DNA of 63,931 bases, filler included, from Octopus bimaculoides (lineage: Eukaryota), in assembly GCF_001194135.2 (NCBI RefSeq). It is 3 parts of 3 records of this genome, joined end to end, with 100 filler letters (N's around TTAATTAATTAA, not from the genome) between each part and the next. Parts side by side here need not be neighbours in the genome. Positions count along the whole stretch, not along the records: positions 29,920 to 48,637 come from NC_068987.1; 2 more parts are not named here. One strand, given 5' to 3'. The notes beneath the pieces were generated by a model, which saw only the letters and a program-made list of their open reading frames with translations, did not search any database and was not told the DNA's origin. Both the position numbers and the translations under genes were made by a program. Shown piece after piece: positions 33,284-48,637 of this stretch (its first letter is position 1; the number at the start of each line of letters is the position of its first letter).

Positions 33284-36200
33284 TAGTTGAAGTAAAATGG
33301 CCTTTATTGCACCCTCTAATTTCTATACGCTTGTATCCAGTCTACATGATATGCACATGCTCGTTAACTGTAGTCAACAATATACAACTGAACTTATCAA
33401 TCATTTTTAGAAATTTACTATTAGGAAATTATAAATCGTGAATGAAGACATGTGAATCAAAGAATCACTTATCACGGATGAAGAATCAGATACACAACGA
33501 CTGTGCACGACGAAATTTAGATCGAAACACATTTTTAGATAAATCTTAATCAATGAATTCCGAAGTGGTGTGTTATAAATATTTTGGATCTACGCTCAAT
33601 ATATAGCCTTTGGAAAATATTAAACAAAACTTGACAATAAACGTACATACTTCCCTACACACGTGCGCGTGCACACACGTACATACACACATATACACAC
33701 ATACACACATACATATACATGCATACATATATGTGTATATATATGTATTTGTATGTGTGTGTGTGTATATGTATATGTGTGTGCGTATGTGTGTATGTGC
33801 ATATTAGTAGTAATTGTCGAATTTATCGAGGATTGTACAAGAAAGATTCATATGGGAAAATTACTTGGCGCTGGGCTATTTACTGTCAGTGGAAAGTAGA
33901 TTGTTTAATTGGAGTTGGAAATGGGCCAGAGAATTTCTAGGAAGCAACAGTAGTGATAGTAATGATAGAAGAATAGAAAGACGTGTTGTTCATCAGCAGT
34001 GACAAGGCATGCAATATCCAGAAGCTACTTCAGACGGAAATAATCTCAGAAGGACATTACAATAAAAAGATTTAATTAAGCAAATATTGAGCTTAACATA
34101 AACTAACAGTTACGCTGTCCGCGTATGACAGGCCTTGAAACATGTAACTACCTGATACATAATATCGACCTAAACATAAACTGAAATTTATCTATCCAAG
34201 TATGACAAGACTTGATACATGTAGTTACCTGATAATTAATAAACATCTCCGACAGGAATGAATATCGCTATCCAGTAGAAATCTCGTTAACTTAAGAATG
34301 AAATCCTGAAAGTTTAGGCTATCAGCAATCATGTTAGGAAAACTATTGACCAAATCATGAATAGTCAAACGATTATGGTTTCGAGTACTGCAGTCACCAA
34401 CTTTAATACAGTTGGTATTTGGTCATAGAAACATGAATGCTGCATATTCGATTTACTATGGTATATGGTATGAGTATAACATGTAAATTATTGTGGTTTA
34501 TATTCCATCTCAGTTGTTTTCTTCTTTACATTAGTGAATGCAAATATTCCGATTCATGTGAACTCTGTGAAATTTTTTTTCCTGCGACATCTGCAAAATG
34601 TGTTTATATCGTGTTTTTGCTTCTATTATCTAGAAACAACGTTGACCTAGGGACCATGGTATTCGAAGCAGTGTCAATCGGAAGTTTATTACATTTTAAA
34701 TCTCTCCGTTTATTATCATGTAATAATAAGGAGTAAGCAAAGTTTGTGATATGTGTAGTGTTATGAAGATGAGGAAAATTGTAATGTCAGAAGAAAATTG
34801 TAATAAAGAACAAGCAAGGGGAGGTACTAATTTTAAAATAGGTCAATACCACATCATAAGTGAATCAGTGCTGCTCGTTATTATTCAGAATGTAAAGCTT
34901 TTTAAAGAACAGGGATAAATTACTCTTTCATAATTGAATTATTTCTAAACATCAAGAAACAAAAGCGCCGAAATGATTGAAATCAAACGTTTTGTCATCT
35001 TGCATCGACGATTACAATACAAACGCATTCTTTAAGTCAAGTGATAAACAAAACAAAAGTTCTCGATCTGTTTACAACAGTTCAAAGAAAACGAAATTAA
35101 AGGAGAAAACTAACAAAGCATTTTCTGGGTACTATTTGACTTTTAAAAAACATTATGCAATATTTTGGAGTTATAGAGAAAATTTTCAGATGTGATGCCG
35201 ATAATATAATTTATTGAAGATTGTTGTGATGTTAGTGAGCAAATTTTATGTTGAAGGAAAGCAATTGCTTTTCGAAACGAATAACTAATAACACAACTTG
35301 GCATAAATAAAGGTTTCGTAATCTTTATTTGAATTGTCTGTGCAGGATATTTTAAGTATGAATTTTCTAAATTTAAAAAAAAATAAAATTCAGTAGTGCT
35401 TCGAGTCATCCGCTGCATTTAGTGACTTATGTCAAAATGGCAATGTCTTACCTTTACTACCAATACATCACTGTTGCACTAAAAATGCAACAATAACATT
35501 TGGTATTTAATGTATAAATAAAGGGCATTTCACTAATTCAAATGAGCCAGGTAGTAATACAGTGGAATAAGCTCTATTATTTACACAAAATTTCTGTCTA
35601 GGTTATTTAATAAACAGCAGAAAATTGTAATTAAGCTTACGGAGATTTCGAAAAACTTTAATGTGAAGAATGTATTAAAAGTACTAACCGTGCATTGCAG
35701 GAAGTAACATCTGGTAATATGTGAACTCTATGGAACAAAATTGATGAATTCGTGTATGAAATTACAAGTATCACGGTGACAATGCCTTAGTTTACTTTAC
35801 ACTTGAACATGACTACAAAAAACTAGCTTTGTCAGAGAATTGCATAACTCGCATGATTAGATCATCTATGATTTACACCTTTTAAATTTAGATCATACAC
35901 GTGCATATTTTCAAAATGATAGCCAGAAGAGAATAGATAAAGCTCAAATTGGAACGAACGAATTATCAGTTAAAGAATTCAATATTCTGAAATCTTTGGA
36001 GACGGAAAACATATAACGATGGATGCAAATCCGAAGGTAGTGACAGTGTGAGTGAAACAAGCCAGAAGACAAATTGAAAATGTACTCGGTTACTATAGAC
36101 CAAGTAAAAATAAACAAATAAATGAATAACAAACAAAAATTCTACAAAACCAATAAAATTGCTTTGTTTTGTATATGCAGTTGCAATAAACTCAATAAAA

Positions 36201-37215
36201 CTCTGTCCAATTCATTTATATCGATTTTTTTTTTCGTAAAGTATTTAGGAAAATTAAAATTTTAGTATTTTTTCAAAGTCTAGACATCAATCGTTGATTT
36301 TACATGTATTCATATAATGCGGGAGTTTTCGGCACGCATTACCCGCAATAATCGAGATATTTCTTCATACAGATAAAGTAAAGACATTTAATTGCTAAAA
36401 GTCAGTTTATCTGCCGTAACGTCTCTGAAGAAAAAAAATAAAAGCTAATTCTGTGTAGGCTTTGTATATTCTCTCTTTAAAGATGTTCGAATTTTATAGC
36501 TGTTATTGATAATTTGTAATCGATAATATTGATTTAAAAGCTTCCTACTAGTTTATTTTATTGTATATGACTAGCGAATAAATTACAGCAATTCTATATC
36601 CGCCATTAAAAACAATACAATATCACCCGTCGCTTGTGACTTTACATAGAATGTCTCAAAGGATGTAAAGTATGGCAGACGAACTATTTTGTAATAATTG
36701 ATTTTTTTTGTGGTCAAATACAAATATATTTTGTTGATTATATCGTTTTCAAAAGTAAGGCCGGTGAGTTTTTGAAGGCAGCAAACCGAAATATATATAC
36801 CTTATATTAACTCATTAAATTCCCTTATGTGACGAGCTCTAACCACATCAGCGTCGATTATGAATTTAATCGATAAAATAAATACCCACAATACATACAT
36901 ATTTAGACGTGTATGTGTGTCTGTGTGTGTGTATATATACACATTCACACACGCACACATGTTTGTATATATATATATATATATTCTGTTTTATCTCTTA
37001 CTTATTTCAGTCATTAAACTGCGGCTATGCTGGGGCACCGCCTTGAATTTTGAGTTGAATGAATAAATTTCAGTACTCATTTTTTAACGGCTGCTACTTA
37101 TGCTATCGGACTATTTTGCTGAACATTTAAGCTACGGAAAAAAAAAGACATATCAACAATGGTTGATAAGCGGTGCTGGTGGGACAGACAGAGACACAGA
37201 AGCATAGATGTATAT

Positions 37216-37256
<41 letters not shown>

Positions 37257-39798
37257 AGCGCGCACACACACATACACGATCCGCTTCTTTCAGTTCCGTC
37301 TACCAAAGCCTTGTGAGAGGCTTTGGTCGACACGAGGCTGTAGTAGAAAGCACTTGCCCAAGGTGCCACACAGTGGGACCTCACGCGGGACTATCTCTCT
37401 TGGAAAGCAAACTTCTTACCACACATATTCATACACACACACACACATATATATATGCATGTGTGTATGTATGTGTGCGTATACGTATGTGAGTGTGTGT
37501 ATATTTATAGATGTATTGAATCAGATGCGTAATTGAAACTTTGTAGTTCTAACTTGTTAAAAGTAATCTATATATCTTGTTACAAGTGTATTTCTTGAAC
37601 ATAACAATATTGACAAAATACTGTATATTTTGGAGGGATTAAAGGTTAGTATTCTTGCTTTTGCAATGACTTGAGTGCCATAAATGAAGTTCAGTGTGAG
37701 GCATATGTTTAGATCTTTACACAGTAAGAACGTTTATCAATACAAGCTAGATCGATTACATCAATTACTAAAGTGCCTTTATATTTTATCTTCAGCCAAG
37801 TATTATGTTACAGTTCATCATTGATTTTTTTTTTGTTTCTATTGGAAAAAAATGTCATTTGTCGTATCAGAATTCGCACATAACATTATAGTAACGTATG
37901 TTGTTCTATACACACATATAATACACACATATAATACGCACTATAATACGCACATATATACACACATACACACACATACGCACAAACAAACAAACACACA
38001 TACATACATATAAATATATATAAATATATAGATAGATTAGATATAGATATTTATCACACATATACATATAAATATCGTGTGCGCACGTACATACACCTGA
38101 ACAGATACACATATGAGGGTATCTCTGTGAGTATGTGTGTATGTATTACATAAACACAAGTATAGTCATAAAACACACATAGAGGCTGTTTTTGTCTATT
38201 TATGAAAACAAAAATAACGTCAAAATGTTTTAACATATATCGATGAGTCGGTTGCTGACAATATTTTAGTATGGCGTTTGTTGACAATCAACCGTGAATA
38301 GCTTAAAAGAGAGAGTGGGCGATTCGTTTATTCATTCATTATCTTTTTTCATTGTTTCATATATTATTTAAATATTTTCAATTTTGAATTTCATTAGCCT
38401 TTATTTATAGGAGTGGTTAATGCTATTTTCATGTCATTTTGATAGAAGTAGTAATTCTTTTGTGATAGAGATTTTGTCGGCTGCTTTGGGAAGCAAACTG
38501 CGAGGTAGAGTACATTTTTTTGGTATGTAGGTCTCTGAATTTATTCTTTTATTCATCCTTCTTAGATGTGTAAGCGTGTGTTTATAGGTGAGTGCAGGAC
38601 TAAGATTTTTTCAGGTAGTTTCTAACTGCTAATGGTTTTTGCTTTCAAATCTAATATTTTTGGCTTTTATTTTCTAAAATAGTAACTGATTTGTATAGTA
38701 TTAAATATTTTACCATATGCCCTCAAGGTAAGTGAAAAAGCCGACCACCCTTGCATTATATTTCGAATGTTATGTTTCTATATATTACTAACATTACCAA
38801 GTATACCTAGATCTATTAGATTTGTCTGCAGGTCGGCAGGCATTATAAAGCTAAATTCTAAAACACGATCAGATTTATGTATATATGCATCTGTATGTGT
38901 ATATATGTGAGTGTATATCTTGTTGAATATGCATATACGTATGTTATAAATAAATACATACGTATGCTGTTTAACAAAAGAATTTATCAAAAGCAGATGC
39001 TATAAATATGAGACCTATCATAAATCCAGATTAAGAAGCGTCTATTAGTTATCGCCAAATAATAGCAAATGCACAACCCAGACAGCAGAATGAGAAGATG
39101 CTAAATATTAAAACACAAGAACATATGAAATTACCTTTACACTTGCACAAACTCACTAGCATTATTAGGATGAACTAAAATATAAATTCGCAGCCTACAT
39201 GCCAGACTTCAAACTTAAGTTTCTGTTCTTATATAGACAGTGAAAAGCACCATAACAGAGATATACGTACCAAATCTGGGCATACATTACAATGATGTTA
39301 GGGACCATGATATAGATGCACGAGAAATTAGTTTTGTCCTTTATAGTATACACATCTATCATAAAAGTAAAAGGAATACAAAATTTCATATTAAGTTATG
39401 CATTTGTTTTACATGGCTATCAACTCTTTAGCGATCTCACTGGTTTAGTGTCATCATTTAAAATCGGAACAAATAACCTCCCAAACAATGTGTGGGGGGG
39501 AGGCCTACGTGTGTGTGTGTGTGTGTGTTGTTGTGTGTGTTCATGTCTGTTCATTTGTGTGTGTGTGTGTGTGTGTGTGTGTTTATGATTTTATAGATAT
39601 ATGATTCACTTTAAACTTCTAAAGATCTTACGTTTTAGAATAACCCTGAAATTTTCACGTTTTATGCTAGTGCATGTACTTGTATAAACAACTGAATACA
39701 TTTTTAAAATGAATATATATATATATCATCTGCTATTGATACACGATCAGATTTATGTATATATGCGTCTGTATGTGCATGTATACAAAGGTATATGC

Positions 39799-39851
<53 letters not shown>

Positions 39852-39949
39852 GGGGGGGGTTATATCTTGTTGAATTTGCATCTACGTATGTTATAAATAA
39901 ATACATACGTATGCTGTCTAACTCAACATTAAGATTGTTGAAAAGCCAG

Positions 39950-40300
39950 GGAAATCCGTCAAATCACAACGATGTAGGACTACCCCTTTGAGAATACCAT
40001 ATGCACCAATGATAACTGCATGGTATGTAGGATTAGAACTAGAAATGTAGTTTACAGCATAAGATGCATAGAAGGTGCTTGTAAAGACATGAACATGACA
40101 TGCATAGGGGAGACATTTAGCAGCATTGCGGAACGACTAAATGTACATTTGAGACATGACAACAAAAGCAGTCCACCATACTCTACCAACATTCCAAGGA
40201 CCAACATGGAGGCAACATGGGTCAACTTGATGTCTGCATCTCATCCAAGTACCCAAAGGACCCAACACTCAGACAAATACAGGAGTAGATCCTCATAAAC
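39950..40300 (+). mobile_element. Penelope-like element GIY-YIG endonuclease fragment
   Basis: NVVYSIRCIEGAC..CIGETFSSIAERLNVH resembles the PLE NVVY.I.C..C...YIGET...L..R..EH motif. Confidence 0.7.
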
Positions 40301-41028
40301 GAAACTTCCCCAATACTAAATAAGAAATATACGTGGTAGATATCATACCCTCATACCCACAGTCTATACAGGTAGAATAGAATAGTTAGTGGGCTGTCAT
40401 GTAGATAGATGTATGTATGTGCGTGTGTAGGTGTTTGTATATATGTATATGCACATGTATGTAAGCATATGGATAGGAAAATAAACAGATAAACATACAG
40501 ACGGATAGGTACATAGGTTATATGAACAGACAAACACNNNNNNNNNNNNNNNNNNNNNNNNNNNNNNNNNNNNNNNNNNNNNNNNNNNNNNNNNNNNNNN
40601 NNNNNNNNNNNNNNNNNNNNNNNNNNNNNNNNNNNNNNNNNNNNNNNNNNNNNNNNNNNNNNNNNNNNNNNNNNNNNNNNNNNNNNNNNNNNNNNNNNNN
40701 NNNNNNNNNNNNNNNNNNNNNNNNNNNNNNNNNNNNNNNNNNNNNNNNNNNNNNNNNNNNNNNNNNNNNNNNNNNNNNNNNNNNNNNNNNNNNNNNNNNN
40801 NNNNNNNNNNNNNNNNNNNNNNNNNNNNNNNNNNNNNNNNNNNNNNNNNNNNNNNNNNNNNNNNNNNNNNNNNNNNNNNNNNNNNNNNNNNNNNNNNNNN
40901 NNNNNNNNNNNNNNNNNNNNNNNNNNNNNNNNNNNNNNNNNNNNACGAAGGAAATGAGTGCAAATGTTACCGATGAGTGTGCTAAATTATAAGGCAGTAA
41001 AAGAGAATGACTCTCCCCAGACACGACA

Positions 41029-41063
<35 letters not shown>

Positions 41064-41134
41064 CACACATGTTATTTTTAACAAGAATATCATTGACAGT
41101 GACTTCGAAAATTCGGCCCGCTAAGACATCATCG

Positions 41135-41175
41135 GACTCTCTGATGACGGTTTAGCTGGCCGAAATTTCGGAGTT
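41135..41175 (+). ncRNA. Minimal type I hammerhead ribozyme-like motif (PLE type)
   Basis: Stem I GACUCU/GGAGUU, core CUGAUGA, short stem II (GG..CC), GAAA, palindromic AAUU stem III, UC cleavage site; activity untested. Confidence 0.5.
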
Positions 41176-42115
41176 ATTATGAACATATACTTGTTAAAGA
41201 ATAATAAAAATAATGTACTCTACAAAACTATGGAGTAAACCTTGAGATCAATCAATGTGAAATTTCTTTTATTATAACTTAATATAAAAGCGAATATTAA
41301 TATATGATTGACCGTTGACTGAACACTATTCAATTTTTTTTCTCCGTGTTTTTCTCCTTGTCTCCGTATTCTTTCTGTTGAAGAGCGTAGCTCGAAACGT
41401 GAAAGACTTTCCGTATTCCCGAGCGTCATACTAATACATCCTTTTGTTGTTTACACCACCTGTCCTCGTCTGTTGTTGTTTTTTTCGTACATTCCCCCTC
41501 AATATATATATATACATATACTAGATCATTAATATTAATTTTCATCTGATAAAGCCGATTGTTCGCTTAAGATGAAGCAGCCTTTGATTTCTTCTTCCTG
41601 CTTTTCCATAAAGTGGAACAAAATTGAAAAAGGATAGAGTAATGCAACATGAGAAACCGGTAGAGAGTTCATGTGGGTGAAGGCTAAGTATATCGGTGAC
41701 CTTCTCTCCACTGCTTATAAGACTTGGCCAACTAAGTAGCTTAACAAACAGTGGATGAATGTAGTTCTTTAGTTGAAATTTATTGCTCATGAATAGGGCC
41801 ATACCAGAGCACTATCTTCGAGGTTATCACTGTTCATGCCATAGATTTAAGGCGAATGGCTGTCCAACTAATAATCTGTTTTGTTTTGAAAATATTGATA
41901 TACAATATGTGAATGGAGTTGTGTCTGCTTTCAATGTCGAAACGCATACTTGTGTGTTTATACACATATTATGTACATGTTATGTGTGTGTGAGTATGTA
42001 TTTGTGAAATAACTCTCTCTTTTTATCTCTCTGTCCTTATTTCCCACACTTCCTTTTATAAATATTCATTCATAGACATTCAAGCACATAAAGATATGCA
42101 CGCATAAAATGTGTA

Positions 42116-42148
<33 letters not shown>

Positions 42149-43618
42149 CCGCGCGCGCACGCGTGTGTGTATGTATATCTTCTTGTTTTTTCTAGCAGGA
42201 CTGTAGTATATAATAAAAGAGTCATGAATATATATTTGAAGTAAATAGCTAAGTTTTTCGTTCGCATCGTATGAAAACGAGGAAATTACTTCCAGATAAT
42301 TCTGAACAGTTGAACAGTTTGTTTAATATAAGGTCAAAATATATTATATCCACGGTTGAATGAAAACGATGAAATGTGCAATTAATTCATAACTCCGTTT
42401 GTGACCCATGAAATAAAAATCAAGCCAAAATTAACCTCATATCAAACTAGGTGTAACATATTCATTGATATTAACTGAGAATATAAAAAACATTATTATT
42501 GTCTCACAGTATGTACGTGATTCTTTATTATGAGAAATATATGAACGCGATGCTACAGCTGGTCTTAGCTGTGATAGCTGAAAAACTAAAACAACCTAAT
42601 AGTTTGTGTATGTAAGATATCAGCATTATAAATAACCGTCTTTCTAAATATTTGGCTGCCAAATCATATATTTATCTTACGATGTACAATCTTGTACATT
42701 TACTTAATGATTCTGCTTCTGCTATCATCACTTTGACAAATACATTAGTCTTCTTCGCTAATGAGGTCATGATAATGTTAATATATAAGTCCAATCTTAT
42801 CTCCCGTCGTTGACGAAAACTAATACTAATCAGTATTTTTTAATTACTGCATAATTATTTCTAGCTAGTTAACGGTGCTTGTCTTTTATACTATGACGCT
42901 AATTTAACTGGTATTGGAAATAGATAATAAAGATGAGTTAATGTGAATGCATTGGATTCAAAATACACACGGTCGAAATTATAAATACAACATAAGGAAA
43001 ATGTTCATTGGATGTCGGGATTCAGATTTCATTTAATATTCTCAGCGTGTCACATAGATCATATACATGTTACATAACGGTTATCTAATAGATGAATAGA
43101 GTGAGTTTATTAGATGAACTAACCCAAGGAATTTTAACTCATTAATTTTATGCAATTAATAACAAGTGCTATTATTTTTTAAATAGTTGATTCTGTTAAA
43201 AAATGGCACTGAAAGGCAACTTTGATATTTTAATTATCTAAAATCAATAAATATGTATGACAGGAGAAAGTAAATAAGATCTTTAGCAGTTATATAGTAA
43301 CCCCAAATATGATCATTAGCAGTTATATAATAACCCCGGAAATGTTTCGATTTTGTTAAACCTCATCAGTGAAGCAGAGTCTAACCATTGTTGTAAGAAC
43401 ATAACATCAGTACAGAGTAATATAGAAATGTACAATTAAAGGCATAACAGTATTTACGTCCCACTAGATTCCGATTACACTGTTTAGTTTCATTTTCTAA
43501 TCAAAACATAGTGAAATAAATACAATTTATTAGTTTCGATAGTATATGATTAACCCCAACTATACGAAACGTAATTAAAGTAAACCAACTTTTGTATTTT
43601 GTGTATTTATTTATTCAT

Positions 43619-43654
<36 letters not shown>

Positions 43655-46571
43655 TTAGCTGTGTCTTGTATAGATATATGCACGCAACAAGTTAAAATGA
43701 AACGCCGGTTTTTCCGTTGTGTTTGTGACACAGTCTAAGAAATATAAAGATACTTTGTATAGAGTGGAATGGGTCAACTATATGATATTGACAAATGAAG
43801 AAGAGATAACATTAGAATTTAAATTTCAAAATTAATTTTGGAAATCGCAAATCTAATATAAGAAGCTCTTTCTAAATGAAAAGGAATCTTATTTCCATTT
43901 AGATAACTATGTTTATAAAAATATTCATTTCCTGAATTCATATTGCTCATCAAATTTATATAAAGGGCTCACTATAATTATATTAACTGAAATGACTTGC
44001 TACAACCTCATCAAATGTTAACTGGTCATTCTAAATGGGTTTGTTGTCTGTGTTTGACCCGATGTAGAATTCTAGCTGGATTTCTTCGCCTTAAAATACT
44101 AATCTTTTTTTTTTTGTTTTTGTGTAATTTAACCTGAGTGAAAAGGTTGGCTATTATAAATGATAACTACCTAAAAATGTATCCAGTATCATCCACAAAA
44201 TGATAGTTGTTAATTATATTATATTTCAACAGATCAGTATTTCCAGTCACCATGAGTTATATGAACAGTTATTTGTAAAACGCAAAGCACTTTAGATTAA
44301 ATCAGGATTTATTACACTCTTGGAATATTGTTATTGATGACACGGCAAAAACTTGCTGTAGAAAAGAAAACAGTGTTTATGTTGGAGAATGTTGTGCCAA
44401 GTTGAAGTTAGTCTTTACAAATGAATATTATTCACAGAGGAGAAAAGACAATCCAGAGGAGAAGGTGTTAGAGTCACGGCGAAAAGTCTGTTGGTGATAG
44501 TTGTCACAGTTGCCATTCTAGAGGAGTTAAAACCTCCCCTTCTCCTTTTGTAAACTGCAATGTAGGAAAGGACAGAAGGAAATAGAACTCATTGAACAAA
44601 ACGAAACTGTTAAATTACAGTCAGTATTCATAAGCTAGAAGCTCCTGATATTTTCACAAACATAATAGCCAACACAAGAAAACTATGTGGTCATTTGAAT
44701 TTCTAGAAATAGAAATGAAATCCCCCTCTTTTATCTCATGTGCCTCTCTTAAGAAAGGGCTATGCCTCACAAAAGGAGAAAAGATTGTGGTTGAATTTGT
44801 AGTGATTGTCGACAAAAAAAAACATCAAATGGAATAAGTCATTATTGAACTAGTATTTTAACAAGGTTAAAGGACGACATTCGTTGAGACGCAATCATTT
44901 ACTAATTTAATCAGTGCTGCTCTGATACTAAGACAATATTTTTTTAACAAATGAAGGTCAACTCTGGTAATATTTGAGCTGGAAATCTAGTGGAACGTAA
45001 ATAGTGTAACGCATTTAATCCGGAAATCTCGTATTTCCGTAAGCACTTTGTCTTTAAAACATAGATATAATATTGATCAAATTTATATGAAATATTTATT
45101 CTGACACCATAATTTATCTGCCTTTTTCCTAGGAGGTTAATTAAAGTAAAAGTGTTGAAATGTTATAGCATAAATCATTGAAATGTAATTTAATATCTAC
45201 AATAATATTTTCTGTCTACAAACCTCAAAAGGATACAGATGTAGATTAATGTGTTAAAATGTCAGGCTTAACAACAACCTACGTTAGGTTATAAGTCAGT
45301 CAACTTTCTACGTAGCTAAGACAGCGTTGCATCAATAAAGCAAGGCTGCAAGAAATACTTGTACTTTGAATACTTTGCGCACACTTTATGACGTGCAAAA
45401 AATACCCAACCTTACATAAAGGACAAATACACCTCATGGTATTGTGACTGATGATGCAGTTGTGGTATTTCGTGTAAGGTAGAGAAAGCATGTTGTAAAT
45501 TGCAAAATAACGTTTACTCACCGTTTTAAATCATGACAGAGTGGCATTCTTTTCTAAAGGTACTACAATTATATCTACTTCTTACATAATTGTTGTACAG
45601 CGTAATCAAAAGTCCTAGAGACTAGTGCTCTAAAGCTCTTTCTTCAGTTGGTGAGAAAAGTAGAAAAAAAAGTCTCTCCAAATGAAATACTGCTGAAAAA
45701 AAAATCAACGCATTAAATTCCGAACATGCTACAAAATAAGGCATGTTCCGTATACATGTAAAATAGAGTGATCCCAGTTAAATGTTCTAAGGGATTGATG
45801 GTGAGACAATTATGCGTTACTGTCAGATGAATACAATATTTCGACATCCCGAATTCTCACTGTATGCGCTATGATCTCAACGATAACACTATATACATTT
45901 AGTGTTCAATTTCTCTAGAACATGATCTTCTTAAACAACTGACATTCAGTAATATTTTTTAGGAAAATCCGCACCTTCATTAATTGAAACCTAACATACA
46001 TATCGTTATTTATAAGAGTATTCAAGCTGCAGTGGTATTAGCAATGTGTGCAACATCTCTTGTCTTCAAAGAAACGAATGTAGAACTTTAATTAAGATAG
46101 AAACAAAATATTACTCATAACGCAAAAGTAGTGGCACAAGTAAATCTACTTCAACGCGTTAGTAATTAGTTATCTCGTTCCAGTTTCTATGATTTGACAC
46201 ATACAAACAAGTTTTCAGTTTTGGAAGGGGAGTATAGTAAATTAATTGACTCGACCTGATACTAATTTTTTATTGATCTAGCAAGGATGAAGAGCAGAGT
46301 TGACCCCGTCGGAAATAAAAGTCAAAATGTAAAGATCCACAAACAAATACAACATGCCATTTTCTTGCAAATCTGTACCAGTTGTGATAAGACAATGCTC
46401 TTACGGCGGTAGACTGGCAAAATCAATCGAGTATCGGGCAACATACAAAATACAAAACTGTACTAAGTAGCCTTCCTTCATCTGCTGAGTTCACATCCCA
46501 AGGAAATATAGATTCGAATGATTTACCATGAACTCATCAAATGTAACCCTCACCTAAATTTGACTACTGCT

Positions 46572-46624
<53 letters not shown>

Positions 46625-47109
46625 GTGATCAAGAATTTTGGTTGCTGTTTACATTTAGTTGTTCTTTCATACTCTTCCTATATATTACCTTTGTACTACT
46701 CCAAGAATTTCTTTAGCATCGTCTTGAATCAAGACTCTTGACTAGTTAACTTGTCACTCAATTAAATTCCCAATTATTTTCATTAAAATCTGAATTTGTC
46801 TCTTCATCACAGTTAAATTTTGTTCATAACATATCATTTAACAAGTACACCATTCAGCGCATTCCACCGTCTACCTAATATATATATATTTATGCATATA
46901 TATACGGGGTAGGGTGCACGCACAGACATAAATCACCCCCCTCCAGACCCATAGATATATATATATATATATACATATATTTTTGCCGGAGAAACTTGAA
47001 CATCTCCAAAGAATATTAAGAAAGAATAACATTAAACGAAGCCATGTAATAAAACAGCAACACAGAGAGAATAAAAAGAGGAAGGGAGATAGATAGATAG
47101 AGAGAGAAA

Positions 47110-47142
<33 letters not shown>

Positions 47143-48584
47143 TGAGAGAGAGATTGAGAGAAGAAAGAACGAAAGAAAGAAAGAAAGATCAGAAAAAAAA
47201 GAGAGGAAAAAGATGATAAATGAAGAGATGAAGTGAGAAGGAGAGAGAGAAATAATGGAAAGTGAGCTCTATCTGATCTGAAAAGATATCGCGCTATTTC
47301 CAGGAAGCAGCTACTAATTTATTGTCCAAAGCTGTTAAACGAGCTGAGCTAAGATGATGAAATCTGAAATAACAAGACATTTTAATTAAAACTTTGGTAA
47401 CATTTCAGAATGGTACATGTTTGGCAATTGCCTGGATCCGAGATCGTTCACCGAAAAAAAAAAAAAACCCAGAAAAATTGTGGAAGAGGTAATTTTAACC
47501 ATTCAAAAAACACATATATAAAGTGATTCTTTTGTTTATTTTTTTATTCAAGCGGATCTACATTACGCCTCAGTAACTTTGTTCTGATATCAAGTTGATG
47601 AAATAAGTATGGAAAAAGAAAATGGACTGAGCTCGATATACTTGGTCACTAAAAATTCCTAGAAGTGTTTTCCAAATATAGACACTCTTGAATGACTGTA
47701 ACATCTAAAAAAAACAACGCAGGTGAATGGAGAGAAAATAAGTCATGTGAAATATAAAACAAAACACTAAATAATAATTCTTTGTATTATACACACAATG
47801 CCTGAAATTTGAATGGAAGGAGCTAAACTATTCTATTAACTTCAGTGCTTTCTAGTTTATTGACTTTGAAATCAGAAAAAGCAAAGTGGATTTCAGCAGC
47901 ATTTGAGCTCAGAATGTATAGCCAAAAGAAATGCTGGTAATGATTCTGCCAAGTAACCAGTTTAGCAAACACTGTTCGTGTCTCAACCTGGACAACGAAT
48001 ATATAAAGTAGATATAGAATTTAGTGCGATGTACAAGCATTTCAAGGAGCCTAGAAGATAGAACAGGTAATACCTTGCAAGCCTTTTTATTTCGAACAGA
48101 GTATTATTTCTATAAGTAACACGAGAAGTGATTTCATTCAAAATGAAAGAAATGAGAAATAACTACTACAAATATCTTCATTTATAGAATTCTATCTATT
48201 TAATTATAGACATTTCCAACATCAAGAGATGTATTTCAGTATATCTTTCCGAAAGTATCACCCGTTGCCTTTGAATATTATTATATCTCATTTACGAAGT
48301 GAATTTTGCGTTGAAAATAAACGACATGTTAAATGAGACATAATTATCTGTCGCTTTGGATTTCGTTTGATTTATTAACTATAACAACTAAAAGTAGGAA
48401 TAATAGGTATTGCACCAAAATGGTTTCTAAAGACATTTTGTGACTTACAGATAACATGGAATTATTATTCATGATAATTAAAATATGTTAATAACGAATT
48501 ACTTTCATTATATAGAGATCTGTGTAATAATATATGTATATGTTTATGTATATGTATATCTATATGTATGTGTATATATATATG

Positions 48585-48637
<53 letters not shown>

